From NCBI GenBank assembly GCA_046290225.1, contig JBKAGE010000046.1:28505-92504 (forward strand): a DNA stretch of 64,000 nt, in the 5' to 3' direction. The position numbers and the translations under genes were made by a program. Under the pieces are notes generated by a model, which was given only the letters and a program-made list of their open reading frames with translations, did not search any database and was not told where the DNA came from. The DNA comes from Bradymonadia bacterium. GTDB taxonomy: Bacteria; Myxococcota_A; Bradymonadia; UBA7976; UBA1532. Each line of letters starts with the position of its first letter. The stretch's first letter is position 1. Positions 18,409 to 29,101 of the stretch are shown here, in pieces.

Positions 18409-21400
18409 TTCGATCCCTCCGGCGTCGCCACGGGCACTGCGGGGGCGTCTTCCTCTTCGGGGGTGGCCTCTGGCGTCTTCGGCGGCGTCACGGGCTCATC
18501 CTCGGGCTCCTCTTCTGGCGGAGGCGGAGGCGAGAGCAGTTGTGGCGCCACTCGAGGCTGACTGGCCATCACGGGATCAGCCCGCTTGAAGACGGGGTAG
18601 TCGCTGGGCTTGTACTTGTTGAGCGACTCCAGGATCCGCTGGGTCCACTCGCTGTTGACCTTGAACTCCTTCGCCTTCTGATAGGCGATCTCGTAGCGCT
18701 CCACGGCCTTGTCCTCGATGGGCAGGGCGATGTCCTCGAGCTCGCTTCGGTAGAGGTCTTCCTCGTCCATGCTGAAGCTGCTGGGGATCGGGGCGTCGTA
18801 CAGGTCTTCGGCGAAGAGCTGGTAGATGTGGCCGAGCCGATAGAAGGCGGCGATGGTCCACTCCAGTGACTTGAACTGCGTGACCTCGGTGAACTTGCGC
18901 TCGAGATCCTTGATGCCCGCGAGCATCTTCTTGATGGTGCGGCCCTGGTTCTTCACCGAGCCGGTGAGCTTGAGGGCTTCGTACTGCTCGAAGTCCATCT
19001 CCGCGAGCAAGAACGACGCCTTGGCAGGGTACTGCGACTCGAGGGTGCCCATGGGCATGGCCCGGGCGTTGAACTCGTTGATCACCTTCTGATAGGCCTT
19101 GCGGGCTTTGCGCTGGTTGCGCTTGCCAGCGTAGGTGTCGGCGATCTTCGAGAGGCACTCGATGACAAGGCCGTTGTTCTTCGGATCTTTGCCGTAGCGC
19201 TTGATGAAGCTCTCGTAGATGCGGATCTCGTTCTTGTCGTCACCGAGCTTCTTGTAGTTGAGCGCCGCCTGATAATAGGTCTTGGCGGTGTCTTCCCGCT
19301 CGGGGAACAGCTGGGCGTACCGCTGGAAGTTCTGCGCAGCCTCTCGATATTGCTGGTTCTGCTCCTGGAGCAGGGCAGCTTGGTACAGGGCGTCTGCCCG
19401 GTACTTCGAATCTTCGTACTTGCCCACAAGGGCGAGGTTGGTCTCGATGGCCCGCTCGAAGTCGTAGAACCGCTCGGCGTTGATCGCCACCCGGTACAGG
19501 GCGTTCTCTGCGAACTCGCTGTCGGGGTAGTCCTTGTAGATGCGCTGATAGGTGTTCGTCGCTGATTCGAACCGACGGGTCTTCTCGAAGGCCACAGCGG
19601 CGTTGTTCAACGCCCGGTCGGCGTACTTGTTCTCGGGGTTCTCGTCGACGAGGCGGATGTACTCCTCGGCGGCCCGCTCGTACTTCTCGTCGTTGAAGAG
19701 CTTCTCGGCCTGCTTGAACAGCGCCCCCACCTTCAGCCGCTTGATCTCGCCCCGGAGCACATCGCGCTCTTCTTCGCTGCCGATGTTGGCGTTGGCGATG
19801 ATCTCTGACCACTCGGCCATCTTCTTCCAGTCGTTGGTCGCCCGGTACGACTGGATGATATTGTTGGCGGCGATGCTGGTGACACTGGCCTTGGGGTAGT
19901 TCTCGATGAGCCAGCTGAACCATGCCCGGGCTTTGTCGTAGTGCTTGTAGTCGAAGTAGGTGTCGCCCATGTCGAAGGCGATGCGGGCCCGCAGCGTCGG
20001 ATCGTCGGGGTTCACCAGCTCGCGCTTGACGTACACCTCTCGATCCGTCTGCAGGTTCATCACCACTTCGGGGATCTCTTCAGGCTCGACGACGATGATG
20101 CCGTCGGTCTCCTCGTCGGGCACGGCGGGGGGCTCAGCGTCTGCTGGGGCCTTGGCGTCGGGGCCCAGCAACGAGAGCTTGGGCTCGATCTCATTCCGGG
20201 CGATGGCCTCGCGTACGGCGTTCTGCCACGCGAGGATCGCCGAGGTGCCGCTGTCTTCGGCGTACTTTTCACCAAGCTTCGAGTCTCGGACCTGGGCGTA
20301 CTGCTTTGCCGCCTCGGGGTACCGAAACGAGTAGTAGAGACACTCAGCGTAGAAGTAAGCGAGCTCGTAGGTGTTGTCGGACTTCGGGTACCGATCGAGA
20401 TACTTCTCGTATGCGGTGGCCGCCTGCTCGTACTCACCGATGAACTCATCGGTCCTCTCAGGATCGCCCCCTGTGGCGGCTTTGAGATCCTGGGCCCGGG
20501 TGTGGTGGTAGGTGGCGGCCTGAATCAATGCCTGCTCAGCAAGACTCTCCGCCACCTCGAGGGCCTTCCCGGAGTTCTCGTTGGCTTTGTACCAGGCGCT
20601 GCCCTCACCATAGTTGTCGGCGAGCGCGTCACGCTCGGCGAAGGCCTTGTCGTATTCCTGCAAACGCTCGTACGCCAGGATCATCTGGTTGTGCAGCTCG
20701 GGGTTGTCGGGGTTCTCCGGGAACCGATCGAGCAAGAACCGGATGGCGGCGATGGACTCCTGGTACTTGGCGTTGTCGAAGTAGATGCGAGCCAGCTCTT
20801 TGAGGACCTCGACCTCATAATCCTTCTCACCGCTGAGGAACCGCAGGGCCCGGTCGAACCCGCCGTCTGCATCTGCTTCACCGTCGCCGTCCCAATCTTC
20901 TTCTTGAAGTGAGATGGCGAGGTACAAGATGGCTTCGCCGCGCAGCTCGGTGGCCTTCTTCCCCGTACGCGCTTCGCGATCGTCAGCGTATTCGATGAGG
21001 GTCTTGAAGCGGTCGATGGCCTTCTCGTACTGGTCGTCGCGGTAGTAGGTCCAGGCGAGCTTGTAGAGGCCCTTGTCGAAGTAGACGCTGTCCTTGAACT
21101 CCATCACCTTCAGATAGGCGGCGATGGCTTTGTCGAGCTGGTTGTAGTCGAAGTAGTACTCGCCGATGCGCATGTACGACTCGGGCACGAACTGGCTGTC
21201 GGGCATGCGCTGCACGAGGGCGAGGAACTGGTCGAGGGCTTGGCGATCTTCGCCCATCTCCAGCAGGCAGTACCCCTTGAGGTAGTACGCCCCGTCGATG
21301 TTGCTGTACCCGGGCCAGTTGTTGATGAGCCGCTCGAAGAGCGCGATGGTCCGCAGATAGTTCTGCTTGGGCTCGACGGGCTCGACCTCGAGCTTGCCGT

Positions 21401-22175
21401 CTTCAAAGGCGAGCATCTGCTCGTCGAACCGCTCCAGCGCCGAGATGTAGCTGTCGTTCGACTTCTCGAAGTGCAGCTCGGCGAGACGGAAGATGGCGTT
21501 GGGGGTGTGGGTCTTGTGGTTCGGGTACTTCGCCAGGAACTCTTCGAAGCGCCCAATGGCATCGTCTCGGCGACGACGCTCTTCTTCAACGAGCTGATCG
21601 ACGAGGGCAGCATACTGAGAGCGAATGCCCTCACGGCGGCGCTCATATTGGAACTGCACCATGCGGGTCACGTCGCGCCGGTAGGCCTCGGTCTCCTGCT
21701 CGAAGCCTGCGAGCTCTTCGATCATCTCCGCGAGATCTGCAGGGATGCTGGGATCGCGCTCGGTGATGGCGGGTACGTCAGGTGCGGGCTCTGAGGCCTC
21801 GCTCTGTGCCGAAGCCTCTGCTGCAGCCGCTGCAGCCTTCAGAGGGTTGGTGGGCTCAGCGCCTTCCTCTTCTGCCTTTGGGGGTGCCTCAGCAGCGGAC
21901 TCTGCGCTTTCTCCCTGGGCCGCTTCACCCTCAGCAGCGGGCTCCGCGGGGGCCTCTGCTGAAGATGGGGCCGCGGCAGGCGTCTCGGTGGCGCCGTCAG
22001 CGGGTGTGTCAGCGGGTGTGTCAGCGGGTGTGTCAGTGGGCGCCTCGTCGGCGGCCCCCTCTGCGGGCTGATCCGGGGGGTTCTGGGCGACCGCCGGGCT
22101 CAGCGCAAAAAACAGTGCCCCAGCACACAGCCAGGGCCACCGCTTGCCTTCTTGTCTGCCAGTTCGCCTAGTCAC
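18405..22175 (-). CDS. Large secreted TPR protein (GltD/AgmU-like)
   Basis: Signal peptide, Ala/Pro/Glu linker, AIFRLAELHFE, YMRIGEYYFD, LYKLAWTYY, C-terminal WTIAAFYRLG..APIP..Y..L...A.PIEDKA. 1256 aa. Confidence 0.87.
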   Translation of the reverse strand: MTRRTGRQEGKRWPWLCAGALFFALSPAVAQNPPDQPAEGAADEAPTDTPADTPADTPADGATETPAAAPSSAEAPAEPAAEGEAAQGESAESAAEAPPKAEEEGAEPTNPLKAAAAAAEASAQSEASEPAPDVPAITERDPSIPADLAEMIEELAGFEQETEAYRRDVTRMVQFQYERRREGIRSQYAALVDQLVEEERRRRDDAIGRFEEFLAKYPNHKTHTPNAIFRLAELHFEKSNDSYISALERFDEQMLAFEDGKLEVEPVEPKQNYLRTIALFERLINNWPGYSNIDGAYYLKGYCLLEMGEDRQALDQFLALVQRMPDSQFVPESYMRIGEYYFDYNQLDKAIAAYLKVMEFKDSVYFDKGLYKLAWTYYRDDQYEKAIDRFKTLIEYADDREARTGKKATELRGEAILYLAISLQEEDWDGDGEADADGGFDRALRFLSGEKDYEVEVLKELARIYFDNAKYQESIAAIRFLLDRFPENPDNPELHNQMILAYERLQEYDKAFAERDALADNYGEGSAWYKANENSGKALEVAESLAEQALIQAATYHHTRAQDLKAATGGDPERTDEFIGEYEQAATAYEKYLDRYPKSDNTYELAYFYAECLYYSFRYPEAAKQYAQVRDSKLGEKYAEDSGTSAILAWQNAVREAIARNEIEPKLSLLGPDAKAPADAEPPAVPDEETDGIIVVEPEEIPEVVMNLQTDREVYVKRELVNPDDPTLRARIAFDMGDTYFDYKHYDKARAWFSWLIENYPKASVTSIAANNIIQSYRATNDWKKMAEWSEIIANANIGSEEERDVLRGEIKRLKVGALFKQAEKLFNDEKYERAAEEYIRLVDENPENKYADRALNNAAVAFEKTRRFESATNTYQRIYKDYPDSEFAENALYRVAINAERFYDFERAIETNLALVGKYEDSKYRADALYQAALLQEQNQQYREAAQNFQRYAQLFPEREDTAKTYYQAALNYKKLGDDKNEIRIYESFIKRYGKDPKNNGLVIECLSKIADTYAGKRNQRKARKAYQKVINEFNARAMPMGTLESQYPAKASFLLAEMDFEQYEALKLTGSVKNQGRTIKKMLAGIKDLERKFTEVTQFKSLEWTIAAFYRLGHIYQLFAEDLYDAPIPSSFSMDEEDLYRSELEDIALPIEDKAVERYEIAYQKAKEFKVNSEWTQRILESLNKYKPSDYPVFKRADPVMASQPRVAPQLLSPPPPPEEEPEDEPVTPPKTPEATPEEEDAPAVPVATPEGSK
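21996..22036. repeat. In-frame 12-bp tandem repeat (GTCAGCGGGTGT x3.4) encoding TPAD repeats in the linker
   Basis: Exact copies at 21996, 22008 and 22020. Confidence 0.85.
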
Positions 22176-24474
22176 TCAGCTCATCCCTGAAATCACGATC
22201 GAGGGCTTGCAGCTCGCTGTTTTGCCGTTCGAGCTGACGCGTAATGCGATCGGACTGGTCCTTTTTCTGTTTCCAGGCGACATCGATCAAACCGACGTCG
22301 GCCTCGAGGACCACCGAATCTACCCGTTCGAGCACCATATTGAAGCTACGGGCGGCGATGCGGCCACTGAGGGATTCGGTCTCCCCCTGATAGGCCAGCA
22401 GCTCACCGTCGTATTGCTCCACACGGGCTCGCTCGCGAACGAGCTGCCGTTTCAGATCAGCCACCTTGTCGTCGACGAGGGCGCCCGCCTGGGACAGGAA
22501 CGCCCGGGCTCGGCGCTCCGACTCGCTCAGCTGACGCGTGATCTCACCGGAGATCGGGGCGCCGTTCCGAGCAAGCCATGCCGCTTCGCGATCCAGGGCC
22601 TCGACGAGACGCTTGCGAATGCGCTCGTCGTAGACCGTGGCCTCGTCGTTGGTGCCGATCTGAAGGCGATCATCTGAGATCTTCGCCTTCAGCTTCTCGA
22701 GCTCGTCCTTGAGCGTCTTCATTTCGTTGAGTTCGATGGAGATCCGGCCGAGCAGCTCTTGTCGCTTGCGGACCAGCTGCTCGTCGTCGCGGCTCTCAGC
22801 AACGTAGCGTTCCATGGCCACGAGCTGCGCTTCGAGCCCACGGATCTGAATGCCCACCTTGAAGGCCTCGGCGTCGACGGCAGCGATCTCGTCGTCGATG
22901 CGGGCATCACGAGCCTGAATCTGTACCGCGGAGGTGGGCACCTCGGAGAAAGCCTTGGCCCACTTTTGCCGCTCGGCCTTGAGCCGGGTGTACTGGCTGT
23001 CGTTGGGGTTCGACAGCTTCCGCTCTGCAGTCTCGTTCAGCTTGAGGCGCAGCTTCACCGTCCAGGACAGGATCTCTGCGGCCTTGAGCCAGCCCTCGTG
23101 CAGCTTGGGGAAGATCTCCACCCGGTTGTCCGCGTTCAGAGCGGTCTCGAGCCGTTCGATGATGCGGCGGGCTTCATCGATGGAGCGCTTCTCGGCGCCG
23201 AGCTCACCCACCAGTTCGAGGGCGGTGTCGGCCTCGACCTCACTGCCCGCGAAGGCCTCTGCTCCAGGGGGCAGAATGGAAGACAGCTCGAAGTCGGCGA
23301 GCTCTTCACCGATGAGATCGTGGAAGTAGCGCTCGAGACGGCCCCGCTGAGACTCAGCGAGGCTGCGCATCTGGGCCTGGATCGGGCCAAACTCGAAGAG
23401 CACCTCTTGAAATGCCAGCGAGGCGTCGGTGTAACGCTCGAGCATCATGAGCAACTTGCCCTGCAACAGCCGGGTGTCGGGGCGCTCCAGCACGTCAGGC
23501 TGGCTGATGAGCAGAATCTCAAGGCGCCGGAGGGCTTCCTCGTAGCGGTTCTGCTTCACGGAGATCCAGACGCTCTCGTAGAGGGCATCTTCGAAGTAGC
23601 TCGAGTCACGGGGCACCCGCGTGTACGCCTCGACGGCCTCGGCGAAGAGCCCCAGCTCGTAGTTCACGCGAGCGATGGCCAGCAGCGATAGATCTCGGAT
23701 CTCTCGGGCCTGTCGAGTGGGCGCACCACGACCGGCCTGGCCCGCTTTCTCTACTCGAGTCGCCACAGCTTCGAATGCAGCGCGGGCCTCTTCGAGGCGA
23801 CCGGCCTCTACGAGGAGTACCGCCTGATAGTAGCGCGCTCTCGGCGCATCGCTGTGGCTGTCAGGTACACGATCGAAGTAGCTCTGGGCCTTGTCCAGCT
23901 CACCACGCTGGTGGTGATACTTGCCTACGGCGTAGAGCAGCACCGGATCAGGCTCGGCCTTGAGCAGGTTGTCGGCGCGCTCCAGCAACTGACGAGCGGC
24001 CTCGTCGTCTTCGGAGATGAGGGCGATCTCGAGGAGACGGCCCACGCCTTTTTGCTGTTGCTCGGCGGTGCCCGCGGTGATCAGCATCTCGTAGAAACGA
24101 GAGGCGGCGTTGTAATTGCGGATCTGGTACAGCGCGTCGGCGAGGTAGACCAGCGCATCACGCCACGCAGGGTGGGTGCGCACGCGCGGATCTTCTACTA
24201 GGTCGAGCAGTATCATCGCCGCCCGGACATAGTCACCCGAGAGGTAGTAGAGCTGCCCTTCGCTCAGCCGCGAGGTGATCTGGTAGTTGCGCTCCAGCAG
24301 CTCGGGGGCGAGGTACTGCTGTTCCAAGCCACTCAAGATGCCGGTGATCTGAGAGAGATCTTTGCGCACATCGTCTTCGGGCCCGCTCTGGGCGGTGCCG
24401 GCAAAGAACGCCAGCGCCATGGAGAGCACCCCGGTACGGCGAGCGGTGGCATTGAGCAGAGTGGCCATGTTCAT
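22168..24474 (-). CDS. Secreted TPR/coiled-coil protein (GltC-like)
   Basis: Signal peptide, LAIARVNYELG..AVEAYTRVPRDSSYFEDALYESVW, long C-terminal coiled coil, VLEADVGLIDVAW. Confidence 0.8.
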   Translation of the reverse strand: MNMATLLNATARRTGVLSMALAFFAGTAQSGPEDDVRKDLSQITGILSGLEQQYLAPELLERNYQITSRLSEGQLYYLSGDYVRAAMILLDLVEDPRVRTHPAWRDALVYLADALYQIRNYNAASRFYEMLITAGTAEQQQKGVGRLLEIALISEDDEAARQLLERADNLLKAEPDPVLLYAVGKYHHQRGELDKAQSYFDRVPDSHSDAPRARYYQAVLLVEAGRLEEARAAFEAVATRVEKAGQAGRGAPTRQAREIRDLSLLAIARVNYELGLFAEAVEAYTRVPRDSSYFEDALYESVWISVKQNRYEEALRRLEILLISQPDVLERPDTRLLQGKLLMMLERYTDASLAFQEVLFEFGPIQAQMRSLAESQRGRLERYFHDLIGEELADFELSSILPPGAEAFAGSEVEADTALELVGELGAEKRSIDEARRIIERLETALNADNRVEIFPKLHEGWLKAAEILSWTVKLRLKLNETAERKLSNPNDSQYTRLKAERQKWAKAFSEVPTSAVQIQARDARIDDEIAAVDAEAFKVGIQIRGLEAQLVAMERYVAESRDDEQLVRKRQELLGRISIELNEMKTLKDELEKLKAKISDDRLQIGTNDEATVYDERIRKRLVEALDREAAWLARNGAPISGEITRQLSESERRARAFLSQAGALVDDKVADLKRQLVRERARVEQYDGELLAYQGETESLSGRIAARSFNMVLERVDSVVLEADVGLIDVAWKQKKDQSDRITRQLERQNSELQALDRDFRDELSD

Positions 24475-24478
24475 CGCC

Positions 24479-25285
24479 TCAGGGCTTCTTCTCGGCGCCC
24501 TCGTTCAAGCGCGCCGTGGTGGCCTGAGCCTGGAGATCCTGGACTTGCTTGTCGTATCGGATGCTCGGCCGCTCCTGCAGATCAGTGGTGAGGCCGCCCT
24601 TCTCGTACCCGACGATGCGGATCACGGTGCGCTTGCCCTCTTCGGCGTAGAAGGTTTCCGAGGAGCGCAGCTTGAAGACGTACCCTTCGAGGTAAGAGAA
24701 GATGCCGTAGCCGTGACCCCGGTACACCATCACCACGGAGACGGTGTGGTTTCCGGGAGGAATCGGCCCGTCAAGGATGGGGATCTCTTCTCGCTCGTCG
24801 AGGCTGCCCTCACGATCGACGTCCTGATAGATGGGACGCCCGTCGAGGCTGTACGACACCTTCTCAAGCTTGAAGCTGGAGCCCATCTCGTTGCGGTGCA
24901 GCAGCTGGATCTCAGCGCCGGCGATGCCGGTGTCGAGGATGGAGCTCTTGAGCATGTTCAGCCGCACCTTGGACTGAAAGATCTTCTCCTTGAGATCGTT
25001 CACGCGTCGACGAAGCTGAGTGATTTTCAGCTTATAGGCTTCATCCCCACTCTGAGGTCTGGCAGCGTTGCCCTTGGGCTCCTTCTGTACCTCAATGGTG
25101 GTTCCGGCAGCGTCGGCGGAGACGCCCTCTTTCGGCGGCGTGCTGGGTGCAGGTCCTTCTTTGGGTGTGGTGCGCCCAGCAGGATCGCCCTGAGGCTCAC
25201 CCTGAGCCCAGGCACAGGCGGGGGTCAAAGCCACCCCAGCCAAGATCAAGAGGACACATTGAAGAGCGCTGCGCATGATGTCCAT
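24479..25285 (-). CDS. Secreted protein (short coiled coil plus beta-sandwich), first gene of the Glt-like block
   Basis: Signal peptide AWA-Q, VNDLKEKIFQSKVRL coiled coil, PGNHTVSVVMVYRGHGYGIFSYL. Confidence 0.75.
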   Translation of the reverse strand: MDIMRSALQCVLLILAGVALTPACAWAQGEPQGDPAGRTTPKEGPAPSTPPKEGVSADAAGTTIEVQKEPKGNAARPQSGDEAYKLKITQLRRRVNDLKEKIFQSKVRLNMLKSSILDTGIAGAEIQLLHRNEMGSSFKLEKVSYSLDGRPIYQDVDREGSLDEREEIPILDGPIPPGNHTVSVVMVYRGHGYGIFSYLEGYVFKLRSSETFYAEEGKRTVIRIVGYEKGGLTTDLQERPSIRYDKQVQDLQAQATTARLNEGAEKKP

Positions 25286-25452
25286 CCCTGGATGTGGCTG
25301 CCAATGACGCCTGGTCTGGCAATGTGCGAGTTACCTGACGCCGTAGCATAGGGCCCCGACCGATGTCAAAATGAACTCCGGCGGGGTTTACTCCCTAATA
25401 TTTCTTTTATGTCGAAGGCTTACACTCCCCCACGTGTACCCATGGGGCGGTG

Positions 25453-27151
<1,699 letters not shown>

Positions 27152-27152
27152 C

Positions 27153-27401
27153 TCAGTAAACCGAGACGCGCTTGCGGCCGCCGGCGCCGGTCTCGAACTT
27201 CACCTTGCCGTCGATGAGGGCAAAGAGGGTGTAGTCGCGACCGAGGCCCACGTTGTTGCCAGCGTGGAAGTGGGTACCGCACTGACGCACGAGGATGTTA
27301 CCAGCGCGCACCACCTGGCCGTCGTAACGCTTCACGCCGCGGCGCTGAGCATTCGAATCGCGACCGTTACGGGTAGAGCCCTGACCTTTTTTGTGAGACA
27401 T
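27153..27401 (-). CDS. rpmA: 50S ribosomal protein L27
   Basis: [43 protein letters not shown]. Confidence 0.98.
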   Translation of the reverse strand: MSHKKGQGSTRNGRDSNAQRRGVKRYDGQVVRAGNILVRQCGTHFHAGNNVGLGRDYTLFALIDGKVKFETGAGGRKRVSVY

Positions 27402-27473
27402 GGTTCAAATCTCCTGAAAATGAAGTTGCGTCTCGGGGCCAACAATCTGGCCGCGAGCCCACGCAGTAGAACT

Positions 27474-27782
27474 TCAGGCGTTGATGCCGGTGATCTCGAG
27501 CTCGGTGTAGAGCTGACGATGACCCTGCTTCTTGTGGTAGCCCTTGCGGCGACGCTTCTTGAAAACGATGACCTTCTTGGCCTTTGCCTGGGCGTTGATG
27601 CGAGCAGTGACGCTGGCACCCTCAACGCGGGGCGTGCCCACCTTGACGGTCTCGCCACCGACGAGGAGCACCTCGTCGAGGGTCACGTCGGACCCGACCT
27701 CACCGTTGAGCTTCTCAACACGGACACGCTGGCCCTGCTCGACCCGATACTGCTTCCCGCCGGTCTTGATGATCGCGTACAT
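27474..27782 (-). CDS. rplU: 50S ribosomal protein L21
   Basis: [31 protein letters not shown]. Confidence 0.98.
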   Translation of the reverse strand: MYAIIKTGGKQYRVEQGQRVRVEKLNGEVGSDVTLDEVLLVGGETVKVGTPRVEGASVTARINAQAKAKKVIVFKKRRRKGYHKKQGHRQLYTELEITGINA

Positions 27783-27858
27783 CGAATAACGCTCTTGTCT
27801 GAATGAACTGTCTAAAAAGGAGACGAACCCCCGGGCTGGCCCGGGCCACGACCGGCGC

Positions 27859-27887
27859 AAGGTAGCGATGGCCTCTGCCCAAGTCAA
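27859..27887 (-). promoter_or_regulatory. Sigma70-type promoter of rplU-rpmA(-obgE)
   Basis: TTGACT-17 bp-TACCTT on the minus strand, about 75 bp upstream of rplU. Confidence 0.65.
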
Positions 27888-27941
27888 GAGCGATCCGCGA
27901 TCAAGCCCCTTCGACGGTGACGATCGCCTCAGGGCACGTGC

Positions 27942-29021
27942 TCAGGAGGCGAAGACCTTCATCTTCTCGGCGTCGGGGTGCTCCACAACGTGGTCTTCCG
28001 TCACCAGCGCCGTGACATAACGCGCAGGGGTCACGTCGAAGGCCGGGTTCTCCACCGGCACCCCCTCGGGTACGATGCGGGTGCCGCCCATGTGCGTCAC
28101 CTCGAGATCAGGGCGCCGCTCGATGGGGATGTCGGCCCCCGTGGGCGTACTCAGATCGATCGTGCTCGAGGGTGAGATCACGTAAAATGGCAGGTTGTGG
28201 GCGTGGGCCATGAGGGCCACAGCGTAGGTGCCGATTTTGTTGGCCACGTCGCCATTGGCCGCCACTCGATCCGTGCCCACCACCACAGCGTCGATCAACC
28301 CCCGCTGCATCAAGTGACCCGCCATGTTGTCGGTGATCACCTTCACGGGGATCTGCTCTTTGTGAAGCTCCCATGCAGTGAGGCGTGCGCCCTGAAGAAA
28401 CGGCCGGGTCTCGTCAGCGTACACCGAGGACAACCGACCTGAGCGCCACGCCGACCGGATCACGCCCAGGGCAGTGCCATAGCCACCCGTGGCAAGGCCA
28501 CCGGCGTTGCAGTGCGTGAGCACCCTGGCGCCCTCGGGCAGCAACGCGGCGCCGCGATCGCCCATGGCCTGACACATGGCGATGTCTTCCGACTTGATCG
28601 CGTGGGCCTCGGTGAGCAACTGAGCACACACAAAAGCCGGATCATCATGCTCGGCACAGGCGCGGTGCATCACCCCTCGCATGCGCTCGAGGGCCCAGAA
28701 CAGGTTCACCGCAGTCGGACGGGTCGCCGCGAGGCCCTCGAAGGCAGGCGCCATGTCGGCGGGCAGCGACTCGATGGAGGTGGTGGGGCCGATCTCGAGG
28801 GCAGCGAGGACGACGCCATATGCCGCGGCGATGCCGATGGCTGGCGCCCCGCGAATCGCCATCTCCTTGATGGTGGCGGCGGCTTCTACCCATGTGCGGG
28901 CCTCGATGTAGATCTCTTCAGTGGGCAGCCGACGTTGATCGATGAGCACCACCCGATCAGGCCCTTGCCCGTCGGCCTCCTGCCATCGAATGGTTTCGAA
29001 GGCGGCATGTACACTCCCCAT
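27942..29021 (-). CDS. mtnA: S-methyl-5-thioribose-1-phosphate isomerase
   Basis: IDQRRLP, IRGAPAIG, RPTAVNLFWA, THCNAGGLATGGYGTALG, ETRPFLQGARLTAWEL, NKIGTY, NPAFDVTP. Confidence 0.96.
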   Translation of the reverse strand: MGSVHAAFETIRWQEADGQGPDRVVLIDQRRLPTEEIYIEARTWVEAAATIKEMAIRGAPAIGIAAAYGVVLAALEIGPTTSIESLPADMAPAFEGLAATRPTAVNLFWALERMRGVMHRACAEHDDPAFVCAQLLTEAHAIKSEDIAMCQAMGDRGAALLPEGARVLTHCNAGGLATGGYGTALGVIRSAWRSGRLSSVYADETRPFLQGARLTAWELHKEQIPVKVITDNMAGHLMQRGLIDAVVVGTDRVAANGDVANKIGTYAVALMAHAHNLPFYVISPSSTIDLSTPTGADIPIERRPDLEVTHMGGTRIVPEGVPVENPAFDVTPARYVTALVTEDHVVEHPDAEKMKVFAS

Positions 29022-29101
29022 GGGAGATTCTCCTACGACACGTTTTGAGATGGGATGGATCTGGCTTGAAGCCTCATGTGAGGGCGCTCACCTGAGAGGC
29101 T

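Noticed and set aside
12608..25285. Calling the cluster the bona fide gliding machinery
   Set aside because: gltA/B/H/I/K and cglB equivalents are not recognisable here, and paralogous core clusters also occur in non-gliding bacteria.
25345..25369. TTGACA/TATGCT promoter for the Glt-like block
   Set aside because: The spacer is only 13 bp.
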